Notes under the pieces: generated by a model | Databases searched by the model: none | What the model was told of the DNA's origin: nothing | What the model saw: the letters and a program-made list of their open reading frames with translations, nothing else | Shown here: positions 28,568 to 36,800 of the stretch, piece after piece | How positions within the stretch are numbered: the first letter of the stretch is position 1 | How the letters are laid out: each line of letters begins with the position of its first letter | Source of the DNA: an uncultured Chloroflexia bacterium | GTDB lineage: Bacteria; Chloroflexota; Limnocylindria; Limnocylindrales; CSP1-4 | Assembly: GCA_963757865.1 (NCBI GenBank) | Contig: CAVWSU010000013.1 | Span: 320,350 to 384,349 of the forward strand | Direction of reading: 5' to 3' | DNA: 64,000 nucleotides | Position numbers and translations under genes: made by a program

Positions 28568-29740
28568 ATGATCCGTCCGATCCTCCCCGCAGACGCCTCC
28601 TCCGGTGACCCCCGGCGGTCTCCCGAATCGCTGGCCACGGCCCTCGCACGGCTCGAGGCGCGCTGGGGGAGCGCCGCGATCCGGCTGGGGAACGGGAGCG
28701 CGTTCGCCGCGGGATCCGCGAACCGGGAAGGTCCCCCGCCCACGTCCTTTCCCGTCGAGGGAGCGCTCGCGCCTCTGCCCAGCCCCGCTCCTCCGCCTCC
28801 CGATCCGCTGGCCCCGCTCGACGATCGCGTCGTTCCCACCGGCTTCCCCGCCCTGGATGCGATCCTGGGACCGGGCGGGCTCGTCCGCGAGGCGCAGGTG
28901 ACGCTCCGCGGGGAGGGGTCGTGCGGCAAGACCACGCTCGCCCTGCGGCTCGTCGCGGAGGCGCAGGCGCGCGGCGCGATCGCGGCATGGCTCGACCTCG
29001 GCCGGGCGTTCGATCCCCTCGAGGCCGTCGGCAGGGGCGTGGACCTGGCCTGGCTCCTGGTGCTCCGCACCCCCGATTCCATCGAGGGACTCCGGCTTGC
29101 GGGCGCCCTGCTCGGAGGGCGCGCGGTCGAGGTCCTCGTGGCGGACCTGCCCGAACGGATGCCGGTGGACCGGGAGGAGCTCCTCCGCCGGCTGGCCGCC
29201 CGGGCCAGGCAGGTCGGTGCCCGCCTCGTGACGCTCGAGCCGGCGAGCCTCGCGTCGGCTTTGCGGGGTGCGCTCGCCGAATCCGCGGGGGTCGGCCTGG
29301 ACCTGCAGCGGCGGGCGTGGATCCGCGCCGGCCGGGACGTCGTGGGTCAGCGGACGGAGGTCACGGTGGAGAAGAACCGGTTCGGGCCGCCGGGCCGCCG
29401 GGTCGAGCTGGAGATCCGGTACCTCGACGAGGGAGACCGGGACCGGGGGGTCGAACGGCTCCTCGACACCCCTCCGCCGCCGAGGTCGGCATCGCCGCCC
29501 GCACCGTCCCACCCTTCACCGGAGAGAACCATCGCCGTTTCGACCCATGCGACTCCTCCATCTCGACTGGCCCCACCTGCCCCTCCGGCTCGAGCGCATG
29601 GCGCGCCCGCTCCCCGAGCTGGCCGTCCTGGGCGGCCATCCCTGGGACCCCGGACGGGTGCTCGACTGCAGCCCCTCGGCGCGCCGGCACGGCGTGCGCC
29701 GGGGGATGACCCTCGCGGCGGCCCACGCGCTCGTCCCTGA
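28568..29740 (+). CDS. imuA: RecA-like mutagenesis protein (ImuA/ImuA'-like)
   Basis: Walker A GEGSCGKTT, WLD...FDP, KNRFGPPG; SOS box upstream; precedes imuB. Confidence 0.75.
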   Translation: MIRPILPADASSGDPRRSPESLATALARLEARWGSAAIRLGNGSAFAAGSANREGPPPTSFPVEGALAPLPSPAPPPPDPLAPLDDRVVPTGFPALDAILGPGGLVREAQVTLRGEGSCGKTTLALRLVAEAQARGAIAAWLDLGRAFDPLEAVGRGVDLAWLLVLRTPDSIEGLRLAGALLGGRAVEVLVADLPERMPVDREELLRRLAARARQVGARLVTLEPASLASALRGALAESAGVGLDLQRRAWIRAGRDVVGQRTEVTVEKNRFGPPGRRVELEIRYLDEGDRDRGVERLLDTPPPPRSASPPAPSHPSPERTIAVSTHATPPSRLAPPAPPARAHGAPAPRAGRPGRPSLGPRTGARLQPLGAPARRAPGDDPRGGPRARP

Positions 29741-30854
29741 CGCCGCGTTCCTCGTCCCGGACCCGGACCGGTACCGGGCGGCCGCCGAGGCGGCGCTCGA
29801 CGCGCTCTCCGCCTTCGCCCCCTACGTCGAGGGCGAGACGGATCCGATGCGGGACGGCTTCGGCGGGGCATACCTCGGGATCGACGGGCTCGAGCGGCTG
29901 TGGGGCCCGGAGCCCGTCCTGCTCGGTCGTCTCGCCACCGCGATCGCGCCGCATGTGCCCGGGCCGCTCCGCGCCGGGATCGCCGGGTCCCGCTTCGGGT
30001 CCCTGGTGGCAGCCATCCTCGCCCGCGATCCGGTGCCGGGGACCGGGGTGACGTGGCTCGCCGCGCCGGCTGGCGGCGCGGAGTCGGAGGCGGCGTTCCT
30101 GGCCCCGCTGCCCGTGACGCTCCTGCCCGCCTCTCCGGACACGCAGGAGCGGCTGCGAGTGCTCGGCGTTCGCCGCATCGGCGAGTTCGCCGCGCTTCCG
30201 CGAGCCGCGGTCATGGCGCGGTTCGGTGCCGAGGGAAGCTTCCTGCACGACCTCGCGACCGGGTGCGACGGACGGAGGATCGTGCCGCGACGGCCCGCGG
30301 AGCGGCTGCGGGCCGAGGCGGAGCTGGATCCTCCCGTCGACTCGCTCGAGTCGATCCGCTTCGTCCTGCACCGGCTTGCGGATGCGCTGTGCGGCCAGCT
30401 GGCGGCACGCGGCGCGGGAGCGACGCTCGCCCGGCTGGAGTGCCACGAGGTGGTCGCCGGCCGGAGGACCCGGCCCGTTCCCGGGGCGCGGCCGGGGGAA
30501 CACGGCACGCTGCCGGACGTCATGGTCGTGGAGCAGCCGCTTCCCGGGCCGATCGCCAGGGCCGAGGCGGTCGAGCGGCTCCTCCTGGCGCGCCTCGAGA
30601 AGGCGCCGCCCGGGCGACCCGTCGAGCGGATGGTCCTCGAGCTCGACCGCGTGGTCCCCGCCGCCGGCCGCCAGCTCGGGCTGTTCGCGCCACAGGCGGC
30701 ACGCGCGGCGCGGCTCGAGTGGCAGCTCGCCGACCTCGCGATCCGCTTCGGCGAGGGCCGTGTGCTGCGGGCGGCACTGCACGACCCGGAGGCCCGCCTT
30801 CCCGAGCAGCGTTCCGGATGGCTCGAGGCGACGAGGGCGGGGAGGGTGACGTGA
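29547..30854 (+). CDS. imuB: Catalytically inactive Y-family polymerase homolog (ImuB-like)
   Basis: Y-family fold motifs (ARRHGVRRGMTLAAA, LPVTLL, LRVLGVRRIGEF) without the catalytic acidic pair (GGAYLG in place of DEAYL); QLGLF clamp-binding motif. Confidence 0.8.
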   Translation: MRLLHLDWPHLPLRLERMARPLPELAVLGGHPWDPGRVLDCSPSARRHGVRRGMTLAAAHALVPDAAFLVPDPDRYRAAAEAALDALSAFAPYVEGETDPMRDGFGGAYLGIDGLERLWGPEPVLLGRLATAIAPHVPGPLRAGIAGSRFGSLVAAILARDPVPGTGVTWLAAPAGGAESEAAFLAPLPVTLLPASPDTQERLRVLGVRRIGEFAALPRAAVMARFGAEGSFLHDLATGCDGRRIVPRRPAERLRAEAELDPPVDSLESIRFVLHRLADALCGQLAARGAGATLARLECHEVVAGRRTRPVPGARPGEHGTLPDVMVVEQPLPGPIARAEAVERLLLARLEKAPPGRPVERMVLELDRVVPAAGRQLGLFAPQAARAARLEWQLADLAIRFGEGRVLRAALHDPEARLPEQRSGWLEATRAGRVT

Positions 30855-31099
30855 CCCGTCTGCTCGAGGCGCATCCCACGATCTCCATGGAGCTGGATGC
30901 CGACGGCCGTCCTGTCGCGTTCGCCTGGAACGGCAGGCGCGAGCGGATCGAGGTCTGCAACCGCTGGCGAGTCGAGGAAGCCTGGTGGCGCCGTCCGATC
31001 CTGCGCGACTACTACAAGGTGGTCGGGTCCAGGCTCCTCGCGCTGGTCTACCGCGACGGTGTCGACGGGACCTGGCACCTGGAGCGCCTGTACGACTGA
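30851..31099 (+). CDS. Small protein resembling the ImuB C-terminal domain (DUF6504-like)
   Basis: WRVEEAWW...RDYYKV...VYRD...WHLERLYD; GTGA-coupled to imuB. Confidence 0.75.
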   Translation: MTRLLEAHPTISMELDADGRPVAFAWNGRRERIEVCNRWRVEEAWWRRPILRDYYKVVGSRLLALVYRDGVDGTWHLERLYD

Positions 31100-31238
31100 C
31101 CGCGCGCCCGCGTCTCCGCACCTGATCCCTTGCCCGGCTCCGAGCGTGATCCCTCGCCTGACCCCGCACGATGGGACCCCGGACGCGAAGGCACCCGGAA
31201 AGCCAAGGGACTCCGACACCACGGCGGCCTGGACGCGA

Positions 31239-31266
31239 CTCGACCCCGGCCATGGCCGGGGTCGAG
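31239..31266. repeat. Perfect 28-bp palindrome
   Basis: CTCGACCCCGGCC-AT-GGCCGGGGTCGAG. Confidence 0.8.
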
Positions 31267-31419
31267 ATCGAGCGCCGCTTCCGAGCCGGGGAGGAGGAGT
31301 ACCCGGACCGCCACGGCCGCACCAGTGGGGAGATGGTGGTACCCAGATGACGAAGGGGATCGCGCCCGTGTGACGGCCGGCATCGCATTCTCGTGACGGA
31401 TTTTCCCGAAACCGGCACT

Positions 31420-31547
31420 GACGTGATCGGGCCGGCGTTCCGTAGTCGGGCCTCCGTTCCGTACCTGCCGAGACCGCGAAGGCGAGGTTCGCACAGCCTC
31501 GCGAAGGGCAGCCCTCAGAGGATCGGCGGCGGCCCGCTCAGCACGTC
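31420..31547. ncRNA. Candidate rod-like structured RNA
   Basis: Nested pairings found by eye: 31424-31434/31530-31540, CCTC/GAGG, CTGCC/GGCAG and GCGAGG/CCTCGC, with an internal bubble. No family match recognised. Confidence 0.3.
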
Positions 31548-31622
31548 GGCCAGCCAACGCTTACCGGCATGCGGCCGCACGTCATCCACCGCGCGCGATC
31601 GCGCGTCACCGCCGTCCGGCGG

Positions 31623-31730
31623 TCAGGGATGGGCGGGCGGAAGGGCGGCCGCCACGAACGCGACCAGCAGCACGAGGAGGATGAGGACGAAGATCGCGAT
31701 ACCCGCGAAGTCGCGAGTGGTGGGTCGCAT
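31623..31730 (-). CDS. 35-aa single-TM peptide
   Basis: MRPTTRDFAGIAIFVLILLVLLVAFVAAALPPAHP; TATCCT 6 nt before the ATG (leaderless pattern). Confidence 0.5.
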   Translation of the reverse strand: MRPTTRDFAGIAIFVLILLVLLVAFVAAALPPAHP

Positions 31731-31771
31731 GAGCGGAGGATACCGCGAGACGCAGGCGCCCGAGCGACGAC

Positions 31772-31859
31772 GGGCGCCGGGGAACCGGTCGCCCCCCCCG
31801 GGGCGAGCCCGACCGGCGAGGGGCGCCGGGGAACCGGTCGCCACCCGGGGCGAGCCCGA
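31772..31859. repeat. Two ~40-bp direct repeats
   Basis: GGGCGCCGGGGAACCGGTCGCC...CCCGGGGCGAGCCCGA at 31772-31812 and 31821-31859. Confidence 0.75.
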
Positions 31860-32045
31860 GCGACGACCGAACCCAGGGAACGCCGCTCGCGCTGCCGGCG
31901 CTGCCCGAGCGGCGACTGGTGCCCGGAACGGGGGTCTCGCCGCCCTCCCGCAGGTGCCTACAATGGCCCCAGGGTGTCTCGCACGGACCTGCGCGGCCCG
32001 ACCCTCGCGCGGCGTGCCGCGCCACGATCTCTGGGAGCGTGTCGC

Positions 32046-32978
32046 TTGACCGACTTCGCCATACGGACCGAGGGGCTGACGCGTGACTTCGGGCCGCTGC
32101 GGGCCGTGGACGGCATCTCGCTCGAGGTGCCGGCCGGAGCGATCTTCGGGTTCCTGGGGCCGAACGGATCGGGCAAGACGACGACGATCCGCCTGCTCCT
32201 CGGGCTCCTCGAACCCACCCAGGGCTCTGCCACCGTCCTCGGCCACGACGCGCGCACCGACGCGGATGCCATCCGCCAGCACTGCGGCGCCCTGCTCGAG
32301 CACTCGGGGCTGTACGAGCGGATGACGGCGCAGGACAACCTCGAGTTCTATGCGCGGGTCTGGCACCTGGAACCCTCGCAGCGTCGCGAGCGAGTGCACG
32401 AGCTGCTGTCCGGGCTGGCGCTGTGGGACCGGCGTCACGAGCTCGTGGGCGCGTGGAGCCGCGGCATGAAGCAGAAGCTCGCCGTCGCGCGGGCGCTGCT
32501 CCACCGGCCCGATCTCGTGTTCCTCGACGAGCCGACCGCGGGGCTCGACCCCATCGCCGCGGCGGCCCTGCGCGAGGACCTCACCGAGCTCGCCAGGCGC
32601 GAGGGCGTGACGGTCTTCCTCACGACCCACAACCTCGGCGAGGCGGAGAAGCTGTGCGACCAGGTGGCCGTGATCCGGTCCGGGCACCTGCTGGCCGTAG
32701 GACGCCCGGACGAACTGCGCGGCCAGGCCCGGCGCGACCGCATGGAGATCACGGGCCGCGGCCTCGACGCCCGCGTGACCGCGCTGCTGGCGGCGCAGCC
32801 GGCGGTCGAATCGGCCGAGAACGACGGGGGCCGCCTCACGCTGCGGCTTCGCGACGGCCAGGACACGGCGCCGCTGGTGACGCTGCTCGTGCACGAGGGC
32901 GTGGAGATCGACGAAGTGCGCAAGGGCGGCGCCGACCTGGAGGAGGCCTTCATGGCGCTGGTGGGGACCGACCAGTGA
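32046..32978 (+). CDS. ABC transporter ATP-binding protein
   Basis: GPNGSGKTT, WSRGMKQK, VFLDEPTAGLD. Confidence 0.92.
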   Translation: MTDFAIRTEGLTRDFGPLRAVDGISLEVPAGAIFGFLGPNGSGKTTTIRLLLGLLEPTQGSATVLGHDARTDADAIRQHCGALLEHSGLYERMTAQDNLEFYARVWHLEPSQRRERVHELLSGLALWDRRHELVGAWSRGMKQKLAVARALLHRPDLVFLDEPTAGLDPIAAAALREDLTELARREGVTVFLTTHNLGEAEKLCDQVAVIRSGHLLAVGRPDELRGQARRDRMEITGRGLDARVTALLAAQPAVESAENDGGRLTLRLRDGQDTAPLVTLLVHEGVEIDEVRKGGADLEEAFMALVGTDQ

Positions 32979-33712
32979 TCTCCGACGTTGTGACGATCGC
33001 CTGGAAGGACCTCCGGGAGGTGCTGCTGCAGTCGGGGACGCTGCGGAAGTCCCTGCGCGGCCTGCTGTTCTCGTTCCTCATCTTCGGCGTATTCCTGCCC
33101 CTCCAGATCGGCCCGGACCTCGTGCGCGAACCCGCCGCGATCCTGCCGTTCGCCTGGGTGCCGCTGCTGCTCGCGAGCGGGATGGTCGCCGACGGGATCG
33201 CGGGCGAGCGCGAGCGTCATACCCTCGAGACGCTGCTGGCGAGCAGGCTCTCGGACCGGGCGATCCTGTTCGGCAAGGTCGTCGCCGCCATCGCCTACGG
33301 CTGGGGCTTCATGCTGGTCAGCGCGGCCGTGGGGCTCGTCACCGTGAACCTCGCCAACACGGGCCACGGGATCCTGCTGTACTCGCCCGTGGCACTCGTG
33401 CTGCTCGGCGTGTTCGGCGTGCTCGGGGCCGGGCTGGTCGCGACCGGCGGGGCCCTCGTTGCGCTGCGGGCTCCGACGGTTCGCCAGGCGGCGCAGAACA
33501 TGAACCTGGCGATCTTCGCGGTGATCCTGGTCCCCGTCCTCGCGCTGCAGGTCCTGCCGGAGGATGTCCGCCGGCAGGTGTTCACCACGCTGAGCGGGCT
33601 CGACTGGCCGACGATCGGGGCCGGCGCGGCAGTGTTCCTCGCGGTCGCTGACCTGCTTCTGCTGAGCGCGGCGATGGCGCGGTTCCAGCGGGCGCGGCTG
33701 ATCCTGGACTGA
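32975..33712 (+). CDS. ABC-2 type permease
   Basis: AGERERHTLETLLASRLSD...LFGK motif; six TM segments. Confidence 0.88.
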   Translation: MISDVVTIAWKDLREVLLQSGTLRKSLRGLLFSFLIFGVFLPLQIGPDLVREPAAILPFAWVPLLLASGMVADGIAGERERHTLETLLASRLSDRAILFGKVVAAIAYGWGFMLVSAAVGLVTVNLANTGHGILLYSPVALVLLGVFGVLGAGLVATGGALVALRAPTVRQAAQNMNLAIFAVILVPVLALQVLPEDVRRQVFTTLSGLDWPTIGAGAAVFLAVADLLLLSAAMARFQRARLILD

Positions 33713-33786
33713 CGCCCGCCGGGGTTTCGGCAGGGCTCGTGGTGCCGGCCGGCGGCCTCGCAGGTCCAACCGGGCAGGTGCTCGGA

Positions 33787-33806
33787 TAGCACAGATGTTC
33801 TATACT
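33787..33806 (+). promoter_or_regulatory. SOS box and -10 element of dnaE2
   Basis: TAGCACAGATGTTCTA (one mismatch to GAAC-N4-GTTC) abutting TATACT; same geometry as at imuA. Confidence 0.75.
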
Positions 33807-33829
33807 GGCGTGCCGTTTCGAGGCCAGCA

Positions 33830-36800
33830 TTGCCGCGGTACGCCGAGCTCCACTGCCACACCGAGTTCTCGTTCCTCGACGGAGCGTCGTCCGCCGACGA
33901 CCTCGTCGAACGTGCGGCGCAGCTCGGCATCGAGTCGCTCGGGGTCACGGATCACCAGGGCCTGTACGGCGCGGTCCGGTTCGTCACGGCGGCCCAGTCG
34001 GTCGGGATCCATCCCGTCGTCGGCGTGGAGATCGAGCTGCTCGACGCGGCGGTCGCCGATCCGCATGGGCTGGTGGTGCCGGCACGACGCAGGGCGCGGA
34101 AGCCGGTGCCGGCCCGGGCGGAGTGGGAGCCGTGGGACGCGGACCAGTCGGGTGTCGATGACCGTGCCGTGGAAGCGCGACCCGTCACCGGAGGACCCGA
34201 GTCGGGGCGACCGGTCCATCCCCGGGCGGAGCGGGCCCGTCTTCCCGGCCACCGCGAGCCCGTGCGCGAGGACCTGCGCGGGGTGGGGGACGGCCAGCGG
34301 GGCCCGCATCTCGTGCTGCTCGCCCGCGACCAGGCGGGTTACCGGAGTCTCTCGCGGCTCGTCAGCGCCGCGAACCTCGCCGGCTCCAAGGGCGTCCCGC
34401 GATTCACGCACGCGCTGCTCGAGCGTCACGCGGAGGGAGTCGTGGCGCTTTCCGGGTGCCGGCACGGCGAGATCGCACGGCGGCTCCTGGCGGGCGATCG
34501 GGAGGGCGCGGCCAGGGCGGCGGAGCGCTACGCGCGGATGTTCGACGCCACGAGCGAGCGTGCCCGCGGGGGCGGGCGTGCGTCGGGCACGCGGGTCGGA
34601 TCCGTCGGCAACCGGTTCGCGGACCGTGGGATCGTCGGTCGAGGTTTCCCGGACTCGGGCGCCCCGGGCGGCGGTCGAGGCCTCCCGGCCACTTCGGCCA
34701 ACTCGGCCAATTCGGGCGACCCCGGGCAACTCGGGCGGCCTGTTCCAGTTCCGACGCAGCCGGGGAGCCATCGGCGGGTTCGTCCTCGAGCTCCAGCATC
34801 ACCTGTTGCCGGACGACGACTGGCTCGTGGCCGAGACGGTCCGGCTCGCCGCGGAACTCGGCCTTCCGGTTGCCGTCACGAACGACGTCCACTACGCACT
34901 CCGCGAGGACCGCGAGCTGCAGGACGTGATGGTCGCGATCCACCACGGCCTGACGCTGGACGAGTCGGCGCATCTTCGGCGCCCGAACGGAGAGTTCCAC
35001 CTGAAGCCGGCGGCCGACCTGCTCGCGTTGCCGCCGGGCGACCCCGATGCCGACCCCGCGATCCGGCGGGCCTGGTCGGAGGGCATGACGACCGCGGCCG
35101 AGATCGCCGAAACCTGCCGGGTCGACCTGGGATTCGAGCGCTACCGGTTCCCGGGATTCGAGGTGCCGAAGGGCGAGACGCCGTTCAGCCACCTCGAGGC
35201 ACTCTGCCACGAGGGGGCACGGCGCAGATATCACCCGCTCACGCTGCGCGTGCTCTCGCAGCTCGCCCACGAGCTCGACGTGATCTCGCAGACGGGGCTG
35301 GCCGAGTTCTTCCTGATCTGCTGGGACCTGATGGCGTTCGCGCGGGAGCGGGGCATCCCGGCGCAGGGGAGGGGGAGCGCCGGCGATTCGATCGTCGCGT
35401 ACGTGCTCGGCATCACGCGGGTCGATCCCATCCGCCACAACCTGCTGTTCGAGCGGTTCATCAACGAGGGTCGCACGAGCTACCCCGACGTGGACATCGA
35501 CTTCGCCTCGTCCCGGCGCGAGGAGGTGATCCAGTACGTCTACGAGCGGTACGGCCCGGAGCACACGGGGATGGTCTGCAACGTCATCACGTACCGGGCG
35601 CGATCGGCCGTGCGGGAGGTCGGCTGCGCGCTGGGGTTCCCGCGTCCGCTGGTCGACCGGGTCGCGAAGGCGCTCGAGACCTACGACTCGGTGATGGTCC
35701 GGCGCGACCTGGAAGCGGAGGGCGGATTCGCGGAGTTCTTCGCGCTGCCCGAGGCGGCCACCGACGACTCCGGCCGTGCGGCCCGGCCGACCACGGCCGT
35801 GCTGGCCTGGCCGACGACTCCGGCCGTGCTGGCCCAGCGGGCGGCGGGCATCGTGCCCGGGGCGGTCCTGGCCGAGCAGGCATCGGGAATCGTGCCCCAG
35901 CCGGCGACCCGGGCGGTCCTTCGGGCCGTGCTGGCTCAGCCGGCGACCCGGGCCGTGCTGGCCCGGACGGTCCTGCCCAGGCCGGCGCCGGGAATCCTGC
36001 AGAACGCGCTCCCATGGAACGGTATGTCGGTTACGGGCGCCCGGAAGGCGTTCCCGGGGGGGAAGTTGGGACGTCCGGACGCTCTTCCCCGCACGATCCG
36101 GGCGTGAGGGGCGGCCGAATCGCGACCCTCCCAGGACGGGAGCCCCGGCCGATCGGACATACCGTTCTGCAGGAGCACGAATTGCATGATTGGCATGGGG
36201 TGGCGAGTCACGGACCCGACGCGGGTCGCGAACCCGACCGCGCGGCCGATCGCGAACCCGACGGCGCGGCCGATCCCAGACCCGGCGGCGCCGATCCCGA
36301 ATCCGGCGGCGTGGCCGATCACGAACTCGACGCGGGATCAGGTCACGAGCCGGACCTCTCGCGCCTGGCGGCCGACCCCGGATCATTCGCGACCTTCGAC
36401 TCGGGCAACGGCACGGTTTCTCCGGCGGTCGCGCGAGCCGTCGCCGCCTCGACCGGGTTCGTCGACGAGATGGGTCAGCTCAACCATGCGCGCGGTGGCC
36501 GCTGGAGACGGGCCGGACACGGGCTCTCCGGCGCGGGCCCGGATCCCGACGAGCACGGGGATGGGCGGCGGGTGCGTCGCGAGGATATCGGCCGGACCGA
36601 GGCCGGAACCGTCCGGCACCGCGGTCGGTCGGACGACGAGGGCGGGCCAGGGGATACGCCGGTGAGCGTTGCGTGGCTTCGGGCGGAGCGAGAGCACGGT
36701 CCGGGCCGCTGGCCCGAGGCGCCGGGGTGGGAATATCGAGAAGCGCCGGGAACCGTCGGCGGCCGGCGGATCGATCCCGAGAGCGGCGTGCTGCTGCCGG

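Noticed and set aside
36056-36062. G_GGG_GGG as a programmed -1 frameshift site
   Set aside because: It is in the right frame, but the missing T at 35779/80 within a repeat unit explains the shift more simply, and element copy 2 has no equally good site. Not fully excluded.
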